A stretch of DNA of 64,000 nt from Eshraghiella crossota (lineage in GTDB: Bacteria; Bacillota; Clostridia; Christensenellales; CAG-917), in assembly GCA_963590075.1 (NCBI GenBank), contig CAVANK010000006.1:1082-65081 (forward strand). The letters run 5' to 3'. Position numbers and translations under genes: made by a program. Position 1 is the stretch's first letter. Each line of letters begins with the position of its first letter. This document shows positions 55,927 through 64,000 of the stretch, piece after piece. The notes under the pieces were generated by a model. It was given only the letters and a program-made list of their open reading frames with translations, was not told where the DNA came from and did no database searches.

Positions 55927-56847
55927 TTATTGTACAACACAATCCGCATTATTTTCAAGATTTTTTGTCAACGATGTTTGATTTTGCTCGATTTTCTTCT
56001 TTGCGTTTGCAAAATATCTTGCGTATGCCTTTTTGCAATACCAAGCGTGCTTGTCCTTTTGTGGCGTTTGCGAAGTCTTAAACGAGTACTTACCGTTGAC
56101 ACGCCACCCGTTGAGAATACCTATGCTAAAGGCGTCCGTCGGGCAATTGAAGGAACATCTCGTACACATAAGACAGTCCCCGCCGAAGGTGAATTTGCCG
56201 TTTTCGTCGATTTTTATATTCCCTACGGGGCAATTCCTTGCGCAAGCACCGCATTTTATGCACTTTTCGCTGTTCACCTTAAAATGCTTCCCGTTCATCT
56301 TCATTGCGGGCTGTTCTATGCGCACTATCCACGCCCAAAGCGCGCCGAAAGGCACTTTGGAGAGTTTGTGCGTCTTGCCTTCGAGCACTTCTCTTGCCTC
56401 GATAGGGGCAAGATTTTTGAGAGTATCGAGCATTTTTACGCTCATCTCGTCCGTATGGCGAAAAATCATATTGTACGGCATCACGTAGTGATATTCGCTC
56501 TTTGCAACATAACCTTTCTTTTTGAGAATGCAATTCATCTTGATTGAAGACACGTTGTTGATTTTAAGAGGCTCACCCGACGTTTTTAGCACAAAATACT
56601 CTTTTCCGCTTGCATTTGGCAACGCCCTTGCCAAGTCGAGCATAATGGACGGCGCGTTAAATCCGTGTATGGGATAGGCAAAACCCACGTAGTCGTATTC
56701 GTTTGGATTAGGCAAATTCTCAAAGCCTTTTTTGAGCGGAAAAACCGTAGTTTCGACGCCGTTTTTCTCAAATTCTTGCTTATATATATCGCACGCTCTT
56801 TTTGTGTTTCCCGTGCCCGAAAACGTATAAATTATTGCGTTTTTCAT
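55927..56847 (-). CDS. EFR1-family ferredoxin (flavodoxin-like domain plus 2x[4Fe-4S] motif)
   Basis: N-terminal IIYTFSGTGNTK. CIKCGACARNCP and CLMCTRCSFNCP motifs. Confidence 0.8.
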   Translation of the reverse strand: MKNAIIYTFSGTGNTKRACDIYKQEFEKNGVETTVFPLKKGFENLPNPNEYDYVGFAYPIHGFNAPSIMLDLARALPNASGKEYFVLKTSGEPLKINNVSSIKMNCILKKKGYVAKSEYHYVMPYNMIFRHTDEMSVKMLDTLKNLAPIEAREVLEGKTHKLSKVPFGALWAWIVRIEQPAMKMNGKHFKVNSEKCIKCGACARNCPVGNIKIDENGKFTFGGDCLMCTRCSFNCPTDAFSIGILNGWRVNGKYSFKTSQTPQKDKHAWYCKKAYARYFANAKKKIEQNQTSLTKNLENNADCVVQ

Positions 56848-58424
56848 AGTTGTTCCTCAAAATGCGTATAGCACGCGTTATGTTTGTCGTCATAAAAATA
56901 CGTACAGTTTTCACCTCTTGCGTGGGTGTCGTACCACACTTGCGCATAGAACGGCATAAACTTTGACAGCCTATCGTAGTCCCACGGGCTCGGTTGACAG
57001 CACTCGGGACACCAATGCCCCGCTTTGAGCACGCAATACGGTGACGCCCAAAACTTATGTCCGTCGTGGCACTCCCATTGCAGTTTGGTGTACAAATCAC
57101 CCTTCGTCATACTTTGCGAGAGGCATTTTCCGCCTCTAAACTCCGCCGCCGAGCGCATATCCTCTATATCGAGTTCGCTATCCGGCTTGCTTTCGTCATA
57201 GCCGTGATCGAGGATATATCCGTGTTCTTTGAGCTTGTTTATATCCCTCATATCGTCGTAATCTATGCTTCCGTCGGCAAGTTGTCCGTGCGCAAGGACG
57301 GGAAAATGCTCCCAATCCGTAGGCATACAGTTCAGATTGTCCTTACTGCCGAAAAACGCGCGAATTCTGCCGTTTTGATTGGTTTTCACCCAATATCTCG
57401 GCGCGTTATCGTCTTTGAGAAGCCTTTCTATCGCGAGTTTGGACACGAGTTTTGCGGGCACGAGTTTTCCGAGACGGTAGTATTCGTGTTTGGACAAAAT
57501 CTCTTGCCAATAGTCCTTTACGTCCTCGTGTTGGAAATCGAAATAATCGTTGAGGATATGACTGTCTTGAAACCACATACAATGGAAGTTGCGCAAGGAG
57601 TTCCAACTCGGCTTCATATACTTTTGCGTAGAACCGCCGATAATCTTAAATCCCTCGTCAAAAGTGTCGTAACCCGTAACTCTGTTGCACGCGCCACCGC
57701 CTATGTTGTAGCACTTTTTCCAAAACGCGCTTTCAAGCTCACCTTTTGCGTCCTTTTCCACGAGCCTACGCATCAAAAGTCCGCTATCGCGCGCCGTAAC
57801 CCACTCGATAGGCGCATTGAAGCACGTATGGAACATCAGTCCGTCTTTCATATTGTTGGACAGCATCTTTGAGTGGAGCATACCCGTTTGGCGCAACACC
57901 GCCCAATTTTGCACGTCGCTGTCTATAACGTAGCGTTCACCCTTGATTTTGCTTGCGGAATACTCGTCGTACGTGCTGGATATGAGCGGATCGCCAACTC
58001 TTCCCCATGGGTGTTTGTAGTTGCGATTGCCGTATATGGCAACGGTGGATATATGCACGAGTTTCGGTTGATTTTCACCTATCTCGCTCACCGCGTCCAC
58101 GATGTTCATTGCACCGAGTCGGTTGCATCTGTCCGTAAGTACTGGATAATGGTCTGCCGTGGGCGGAATGACCGCCGCAAGATTGAGAACGTAATCACTG
58201 CCATGGGCGAGCTTTCTACAATCTTCGATATTTGCGATATCACCGAATATTGCCTCAAATCTCGCGCCGTATTTGCGCTTCCACTCTCTTGCGAGTTTCT
58301 TTTCTCTTCTTCCGCTCACAAGCAACGCCTTGATTTTGCCCACGACGTCGCTTTCAAATAGTTGCATCAGCGTTTCACGCCCCATATTTCCGCTTGCACC
58401 CGTAAGTGCGATAACCTTTTGCAT
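56844..58424 (-). CDS. NAD(P)-dependent SDR/epimerase-family protein with a C-terminal zinc-ribbon-like tail
   Basis: Rossmann motif TGASGNMG. C-terminal WECHDGHKFW...GHWCPEC (56997..57083). 4-nt overlap with the downstream ferredoxin gene. Confidence 0.75.
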   Translation of the reverse strand: MQKVIALTGASGNMGRETLMQLFESDVVGKIKALLVSGRREKKLAREWKRKYGARFEAIFGDIANIEDCRKLAHGSDYVLNLAAVIPPTADHYPVLTDRCNRLGAMNIVDAVSEIGENQPKLVHISTVAIYGNRNYKHPWGRVGDPLISSTYDEYSASKIKGERYVIDSDVQNWAVLRQTGMLHSKMLSNNMKDGLMFHTCFNAPIEWVTARDSGLLMRRLVEKDAKGELESAFWKKCYNIGGGACNRVTGYDTFDEGFKIIGGSTQKYMKPSWNSLRNFHCMWFQDSHILNDYFDFQHEDVKDYWQEILSKHEYYRLGKLVPAKLVSKLAIERLLKDDNAPRYWVKTNQNGRIRAFFGSKDNLNCMPTDWEHFPVLAHGQLADGSIDYDDMRDINKLKEHGYILDHGYDESKPDSELDIEDMRSAAEFRGGKCLSQSMTKGDLYTKLQWECHDGHKFWASPYCVLKAGHWCPECCQPSPWDYDRLSKFMPFYAQVWYDTHARGENCTYFYDDKHNACYTHFEEQL

Positions 58425-58678
58425 AATTGCCTCCTTTGTTTTACGACTATATTATCGCACCCCGAAACAGCAAAAATCTTGACAAAAACTTTACAATTTC
58501 ACGCGGTTTTCCGCCACTTTTCCGCATTTTGTAAGAATTACGTAAGAATTATAATCAACGAGAAAATACGAGTTTTGCATATAGCTAACGCAAAAAAAGC
58601 CGTACTACGCGGATATAAAAACAAATCACGCTTTTGCATGGATATGAAAAAGCAAGTTATACTACTGCTCGGATAATG

Positions 58679-58706
58679 AAAAAGCGCGACCGAAGTCGCG
58701 CTTTTT
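58679..58706. terminator. Bidirectional intrinsic terminator after the zinc-ribbon membrane protein gene
   Basis: A5 - GCGCGAC-CGAA-GTCGCGC - T5. Confidence 0.7.
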
Positions 58707-58737
58707 CGTCGTTATTATGCATTGACAAATCTTATTC

Positions 58738-60597
58738 TTACACTTGCACCAACCCATCTTTTTTGCCACGCTTTTTCTCGATAGTATTCAGCAAAAAGTC
58801 GCACACCACCGTGCCGATTGCAAACAACGTCGCGCAAATCAGTCCCGCATCGAGCGACATCTTGAAGCCCTCTATATCATTGTCATCCATATATTTGTTG
58901 ACCTTTGCGCACATAACGCCACCGCAAGCCATTGCGCCAATCAATAGCAAAATTGTTAATATAAGCACAATTCGTCTTGCGATTGCACATCCTTTATTTG
59001 CATATTGCGCCAAACACACATACACCCCGACAAACAACAGCGCCACAATCAAAAGGTTGTATCCTATTGCCAAATCTTGAGCATCGTTATACGTGTATTT
59101 ATCTAAAAAGACACTTCTTACGATATCGTATGCATTGCTACTGCCATAACCGTAATAATAACGTTCACCATGATTATCGACCGATGTTTTTATATATTCA
59201 AGAAATTCCTCATGTGTCTTTTTCTTATAATAGGAATCATACTGTTCCTTGCTCATCGAATTTGCTAAAAACAAGTTTTTTGTTTCCCTTGTTTTTATAT
59301 TGTACTCTATTTTGACCTCTTTACCATCAACCGTGTTTGTTTGGGTAACATCCTTTGAAGTGGCAAAACAAGGAGCAAAACAGACTCCCACAACGATAAT
59401 GCAAAGCACGATAGAAGCGACTTTGAAAATCGCTTGGCGTCTTGCGTCTTTTTCGCTCAACTCATCCGCCATAACGAACACAACTGCAATACACTCAAAC
59501 AACAATCTAAATATCATTGTAAGTGAAATCAACGCGGATGAAATACCAAGCACAAACAATAACGTTATGGACAAGAACAAGAAGAGCACCAGTAAGTTGG
59601 AATACCCATTCCAGAATTTAAGCGTTTTCTCGCCGTTTGAAAGCATTTTTATGATACTAAACACAAATGCAATTATAGACATCACAACCATTGCACTTGC
59701 CATAAGTATGTAAGCTAACGAAATGACGCCTGCAAAACAAATTTGCGTCAAATACGATTCACTGTTGTTATCTTTGATAGCCAACTCATATTTCAAGTTT
59801 TCGATGCTCAATTTATGATACAATCTTTTGTATTTAAGATTATACGTCACTTCATTTCTTTCATTGATAGAATAGTCCCTGTCGATGTCATTCAACTCTT
59901 CCCGAATTTCTTCAATCTCCTTTGACCATTTTTCGAGTTTCTTCGCATCGATTTCTATATCGTATTTCTTTGACGTCGCACCCATCATATCGATAAAATC
60001 AACACCCGAACACTGCTCGTTCGTATCAAATGACAATCTCACGATAGGACAAAACGCAAAGGCAAAAAGCAGTATGCAAAGCGTGAGGCATATTGCGTTT
60101 TTGGCAACCGAAAGCACGTCTTTTTTGCTATATTTGGGGCGTTTTACTTTTTTGCTCGGGGCGATTTTGTCAGCGTATTCAAATACGCGCTCGCTTTGAG
60201 CCACGTTGATATTTGCCACGGTCATTTCTTCCGCAATATCCGCGTTTTCGTTTTGCTCGTCGAGGATGACTTCGTTTTGAGGCTCAACCTCTTTCGTAGG
60301 CGCACCGCAACGAGAGCAGAACAAGTCTTCTTCTCTCAACACGTTTCCGCACTTACGGCATCTTGCTTTGAGTTGCGCTCCGCAATACGGGCAAAATTCA
60401 AAACTTTCCAAGACGGCTTTTCCGCAATTTTTGCAACTCACCTTTTTCTCTGTGTTCACAACGGGTTGTGTTGCGGGTAAATCACGAAAATTCGGATTTA
60501 CGTACTTTTTCCCGCATGTGGCGCATTGCACGATTTTTTCATTGTCGCGCGCGCCGATAATACCACTACAATTCGGACATTTCAAATAAGTAATCAT
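58738..60597 (-). CDS. Polytopic membrane protein with three N-terminal zinc ribbons
   Basis: 619 aa. CPNC...CATC, CKNC...CPYC and CRKC...CSRC, then multiple TM helices. Confidence 0.7.
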   Translation of the reverse strand: MITYLKCPNCSGIIGARDNEKIVQCATCGKKYVNPNFRDLPATQPVVNTEKKVSCKNCGKAVLESFEFCPYCGAQLKARCRKCGNVLREEDLFCSRCGAPTKEVEPQNEVILDEQNENADIAEEMTVANINVAQSERVFEYADKIAPSKKVKRPKYSKKDVLSVAKNAICLTLCILLFAFAFCPIVRLSFDTNEQCSGVDFIDMMGATSKKYDIEIDAKKLEKWSKEIEEIREELNDIDRDYSINERNEVTYNLKYKRLYHKLSIENLKYELAIKDNNSESYLTQICFAGVISLAYILMASAMVVMSIIAFVFSIIKMLSNGEKTLKFWNGYSNLLVLFLFLSITLLFVLGISSALISLTMIFRLLFECIAVVFVMADELSEKDARRQAIFKVASIVLCIIVVGVCFAPCFATSKDVTQTNTVDGKEVKIEYNIKTRETKNLFLANSMSKEQYDSYYKKKTHEEFLEYIKTSVDNHGERYYYGYGSSNAYDIVRSVFLDKYTYNDAQDLAIGYNLLIVALLFVGVYVCLAQYANKGCAIARRIVLILTILLLIGAMACGGVMCAKVNKYMDDNDIEGFKMSLDAGLICATLFAIGTVVCDFLLNTIEKKRGKKDGLVQV

Positions 60598-60643
60598 ATT
60601 TTCTCCCTTTTATAAAATATTTAAACATACAGTTTGTATCTAA

Positions 60644-60671
60644 ATTATAGCATAAGGATATTCAAAGTCAA
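60644..60671 (-). promoter_or_regulatory. Candidate promoter of the zinc-ribbon membrane protein gene
   Basis: Minus strand TTGACT-N16-TATAAT with TGC upstream (extended -10). Confidence 0.5.
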
Positions 60672-60861
60672 TACAAAATACGCAAACACGCGCAGAGTGT
60701 AACTTATACGTGCAATTTGCCTATTCAGGGCGCACTTATTAACGGTATGTGCAACTTCGTAGACGGAACTCGAACCGCAAGGCGGTGAGCGGATAAGCGC
60801 CGAGCTTGCGTAGCGGAGTGTACACGGACGTACACGAGCAACACGCACGGAGATTGACGCA

Positions 60862-60887
60862 GAAAAAAAGCACAACCGAAGTTGTGC
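60862..60887 (-). terminator. Intrinsic terminator of rplM-rpsI
   Basis: Minus strand GCACAAC-TTCG-GTTGTGC followed by T7-8. Confidence 0.8.
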
Positions 60888-60915
60888 TTTTGTTTCGTTG
60901 CTTGAATGCGCCCGA

Positions 60916-61329
60916 TTATCTCTTGCTGAATTGAGGAGCTTTACGTGCCTTATGCAAACCGTATTTCTTACGCTCTTTTGCTCTCGGGTCACGAGTGAGG
61001 TAACCTTCGCTCTTGAGAGTTGCTCTGTAGGCTTCGCTGTCTGCGACGCAGAGTGCTCTTGCGATGCCGTGACGGATTGCACCGGCTTGTCCGGTGTAAC
61101 CACCGCCGTAAACGTTGACGTACACGTCAAACTTGTCGGTCGTGCCGGTTGCAACGAGAGGTTGATTGACGATGAGTTTCATCGTGTCAAGCGGGAAGTA
61201 CTCGTCGAGAGTGCGCTTGTTGATGATGATTGCGCCTTCGCCGCCGGGGATAAGACGAACTCTTGCGATAGCGGTCTTTCTTCTACCGGTGCCGAGATAT
61301 TGAACTTTCTTGGTTTTCTTAGTAGCCAT
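60916..61329 (-). CDS. rpsI: 30S ribosomal protein S9
   Basis: 137 aa. [20 protein letters not shown]-terminal ...KAPQFSKR. Confidence 0.95.
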   Translation of the reverse strand: MATKKTKKVQYLGTGRRKTAIARVRLIPGGEGAIIINKRTLDEYFPLDTMKLIVNQPLVATGTTDKFDVYVNVYGGGYTGQAGAIRHGIARALCVADSEAYRATLKSEGYLTRDPRAKERKKYGLHKARKAPQFSKR

Positions 61330-61343
61330 ATTCCACCTCTCAA

Positions 61344-61808
61344 TTAGTTGAGTTTGAGCTCAACGGGGCATTGTGCCTGATGATCGTGCTCTGCACCTGC
61401 GTAAACGCGGAGTTTTTTGAGCATTTTTGCACCGAGCGTGTTTTTGGGAAGCATACCCTTGACAGCCTTGTACACGACGAATTCAGGTTTTTCCGCCATC
61501 AATTTCTTGTATTGGATTTCTTTGAGACCGCCGATGTATCCGGTGTGATAACGATAGTATTTGTCCACGAGTTTGTTGCCCGTGAGGACGATCTTATCGC
61601 AGTTGATTATAATAACGTGGTCGCCGCAGTCGACGTTGGGAGTGTATTGGGGTTTATTTTTGCCTTTCAAGATTGTAGCAACTTGAGATGCAAGACGTCC
61701 GAGAACCATATCGGTTGCATCGACGATATACCACTTGCTTTCCACTTCGCCCGGCTTTGCCATATAAGACTTATTGTTTTTTGCCATTGAAGACAAATCC
61801 TTAGCCAT
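61344..61808 (-). CDS. rplM: 50S ribosomal protein L13
   Basis: KWYIVDA and [13 protein letters not shown] motifs. GGAGG RBS before ATG 61808. The track ORF extends to 61838. Confidence 0.93.
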   Translation of the reverse strand: MAKDLSSMAKNNKSYMAKPGEVESKWYIVDATDMVLGRLASQVATILKGKNKPQYTPNVDCGDHVIIINCDKIVLTGNKLVDKYYRYHTGYIGGLKEIQYKKLMAEKPEFVVYKAVKGMLPKNTLGAKMLKKLRVYAGAEHDHQAQCPVELKLN

Positions 61809-61906
61809 AGTGCTAACCTCCATAAATTGTTTTTGCAAGGCGTATGCCGAACTCGGAGGGGCTAGTTCTTCGCAAGGTCATACTTCTTCCAAAAATATGC
61901 TTGTTA

Positions 61907-61935
61907 ATAATATTAAATTGTGCAATATAAGTCAA
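61907..61935 (-). promoter_or_regulatory. Candidate rplM-rpsI promoter
   Basis: Minus strand TTGACT-N17-TATTAT, about 95 nt upstream of the rplM start. Confidence 0.55.
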
Positions 61936-62001
61936 GCGTTTTTCCGCAAAATTCAATCTTTTTTGCAAAAACCGAAGATTTTTGCGGTTTAGAACCGATT
62001 T

Positions 62002-63951
62002 TTAGGCGTATTGCACGTCCGAGATATCCACAATAATATGCTTGCAATCGAGGTCTTTCAAGCCTTCTATCGAGGTTTCTTCACCGCCTACAAGCACTTT
62101 TGCGTCCTTGACGCCGACGAGTTCGAGCGACAATTTATTTGTCAAAACATCCTCCGTCGGCGTTATCTCGATCGCGTATCCGCCGTCCTCGGTTTTGCGC
62201 ATAACGAAGTCGATTTTGCCTTGTTCGTCGTACATCGTAAATTCGTTTTCACCGCGGTAGATACGCACTTTGATATCGGAAAACTCGGTGGAATTGTCCT
62301 TTGCCTCCGTCATCGGGATAATACCGCCTTCTTTGACGAAAACGGGATATTCCGCAAGCGAAAAATCTTGTTCGTACACCTTTCCGCCCTCGTATTTTTT
62401 GCCGTCGAAAAAGCCCGTCCAATTGCCTTCTGGCAACCAAAACGCGTGTTTAGATACGCCGTTTTTACCCTTGTTTGTAATCGGACAAACAAGCATTTGC
62501 TCACCGAAGAAATATTGATTGCGCCACTTTTTGCTATACGCGTTTTTATCGTTTTTGACGTAATAATACATCGGACAAATAAGCGGAACACCTTCTTTTG
62601 CCGTGCGCACGTTTGCGGTGTAAAGATAAGGCAAAAGCGCGTGGCGCAAGCGCAAAAAGTCCTCTGCGATGCTTTCCACTTGCGGATAATTCCAAGGCTC
62701 TTTGCTCATCGCTTTGTTGTTGGAATGCAAGCGGTTTATGGGTGAAAATACACCGTATTGAAGCCATCTCAAATACAATTCGTTGTCGCCTTTGCCAAAG
62801 ACATGCCCCCCTATATCGTGCGACCACCACGTGTAGCCCGCGTTGGACGCAAGCGCGGTGAAATAGGGCTGCAAGCGCAAACTGCTCCACAACACAAACG
62901 TGTCCCCGGAAAAGCCGAGCGGATATCTGTGCGAGCCGAGCCCCGCGTATCTCGAAAGAATAATGCCCTTCTTGCCGTCACGGCAGATATCCATCGTATG
63001 ATAGTGATTGAGAAGCCAAAGCGGATCCAGCCCTTTCATCTTGGACTTCGTGCCCTGTTGCCAGTCTATCCACCAAAAATCAACGCCCATTTCCTCGTAC
63101 GGGTGATGCAAAATATCAAAGTATGCGTCACGAAATTTTTCGTCCGTGAGATCGAATTCGATAGTCGTTTTGGTGCTTGGATCTATACCGCACGCCCTCG
63201 CCATATCGGGATATTGCTCTTCGAAATATCTCACGCCGTCGCGGGGATGCAAGTTCATTGTTACGGCAAGATTGCGCCCTTTCAAATTGCTCAAAAAGCC
63301 TTTGGGATCGGGGAAAAGTTCCTTTTCAAAAGTATATCCGGTCCAACCCGCGCCTTGGAAAGATTTGTATTCCGCGTCCTTGGGCGTGTTTTTTACGATA
63401 TGCCAATCCATATCTATCGTAGCAACGGTAAGCGGAATATTTTTGCTTTCAAACTTGTCCATAAGTTCGAGATATTCCTTGTCCGTATATGCGTGATAGC
63501 GCGACCACCAGTTGCCCAGCGCGTATTTTGGCAAAACGGGAGTGTACCCTGTGAGCGCATAGTATTCTTTAAGTCCTCCGAGATAATCGTCCTCAAACGC
63601 AAAGACGTATTTGTCAACGCAATACTTTTCTCTCGGGCTTACGCTTCCGTCCTCATTCAAAAGCACGGACTTGCCGTCGTCTATTTCACTTATTCCGTTG
63701 CTTGCAAAAATGCCTTTTCTTATGTGCGCCAAGCAAAAATGGTCTTTCTTTTCGCGTCTCCCTTTCCAGCCTCCGACTATGCCGAATGTGCCGTCCAAAG
63801 TGCGCGCCGTTCCGCCGAGATTGAGACGATTGCTTATCACTCGCCAGTCCTTTTCGTCCTCCGTCTTGACGTACACGTTGGCGTTGTCAAGGTCTATGCA
63901 AAACATATACTTATCCGTCACAACAAGCACTTTATCACTCGTTTTTTGCAC
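62002..63951 (-). CDS. Glycoside hydrolase family 31 (alpha-glucosidase/alpha-xylosidase-like)
   Basis: 649 aa. FWWIDWQQG and WWSHDIGGH motifs, with a typical GH31 (beta/alpha)8 core and C-terminal beta domains. Confidence 0.8.
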   Translation of the reverse strand: MQKTSDKVLVVTDKYMFCIDLDNANVYVKTEDEKDWRVISNRLNLGGTARTLDGTFGIVGGWKGRREKKDHFCLAHIRKGIFASNGISEIDDGKSVLLNEDGSVSPREKYCVDKYVFAFEDDYLGGLKEYYALTGYTPVLPKYALGNWWSRYHAYTDKEYLELMDKFESKNIPLTVATIDMDWHIVKNTPKDAEYKSFQGAGWTGYTFEKELFPDPKGFLSNLKGRNLAVTMNLHPRDGVRYFEEQYPDMARACGIDPSTKTTIEFDLTDEKFRDAYFDILHHPYEEMGVDFWWIDWQQGTKSKMKGLDPLWLLNHYHTMDICRDGKKGIILSRYAGLGSHRYPLGFSGDTFVLWSSLRLQPYFTALASNAGYTWWSHDIGGHVFGKGDNELYLRWLQYGVFSPINRLHSNNKAMSKEPWNYPQVESIAEDFLRLRHALLPYLYTANVRTAKEGVPLICPMYYYVKNDKNAYSKKWRNQYFFGEQMLVCPITNKGKNGVSKHAFWLPEGNWTGFFDGKKYEGGKVYEQDFSLAEYPVFVKEGGIIPMTEAKDNSTEFSDIKVRIYRGENEFTMYDEQGKIDFVMRKTEDGGYAIEITPTEDVLTNKLSLELVGVKDAKVLVGGEETSIEGLKDLDCKHIIVDISDVQYA

Positions 63952-64000
63952 GATAAAGTGCGGATTTGCAAAATCGCGACACGCTACTAACTGTGTGCGC

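Noticed and set aside
60760-60800. tRNA/tmRNA-like T-arm (GGTTCGAGTTCC)
   Set aside because: I could not build a T-stem, an acceptor stem or an anticodon arm around it on either strand.
60645-61154. 169-aa minus-strand ORF
   Set aside because: Out of frame with, and overlapping, rpsI. It runs through the rpsI terminator and the next promoter, and its composition is Ser/Thr/Arg-biased.
62758-63990. 410-aa plus-strand ORF
   Set aside because: Antisense to the GH31 gene, whose sense frame has family motifs. Shadow ORF.
1-64000. Search for mobile elements, prophage, toxin-antitoxin or defence genes, and rRNA
   Set aside because: No transposase, integrase, recombinase, phage structural, cas or restriction-modification-like ORFs were recognisable. 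The XRE genes are paired with envelope proteins rather than toxins. No rRNA-like sequence was seen.

Overview
Chromosomal window from a Bacillota-style genome, judged from GGAGG-type RBSs, TTGACA/TATAAT promoters, hairpin plus T-run terminators and many lipobox signal peptides. Nearly all genes are on the minus strand. No homology search, RNA folding or TM prediction was run: every call rests on motifs read in the supplied translations and on manual inspection of the DNA. Left third (1-20.7 kb): housekeeping genes (mnmA, cysK, MscS-family channel, tRNA-Arg(CCG), DAG-kinase-like lipid kinase, a heterodimeric ABC exporter pair, Fe-alcohol dehydrogenase, gap, class II fba, ttcA-like). Interleaved with them are four small XRE-HTH genes, each divergent from an exported or membrane protein gene. 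All four intergenic regions share one promoter/operator geometry but carry different palindromes. A family of 100-116 nt rod-like structured repeats sits directly after the stop codons of gap and fba. Middle (20.7-53.4 kb): a unidirectional block of about 32.6 kb. It encodes a lipoprotein with Listeria-Bacteroides repeats, an enlarged OppA, OppBCDF with unusual terminal extensions and a small membrane protein. These are followed by a 2527-aa lipobox-anchored S8 cell-envelope protease fused to about 870 aa of BspA-type LRRs with a C-terminal TM helix. Five further lipoproteins of 184 to 1817 aa complete the block. This is my best candidate for an undescribed system: a lipoprotein-tethered protein-capture, proteolysis and peptide-uptake locus. 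Right (53.4-64 kb): a 750-bp AT-rich non-coding region, then an SDR / EFR1-ferredoxin / OmpR-type response regulator / histidine kinase operon. The kinase has no N-terminal TM sensor but has a C-terminal membrane tail. A zinc-ribbon polytopic membrane protein, rplM-rpsI and a GH31 glycosidase follow. I saw no transposase, integrase, CRISPR array or rRNA.
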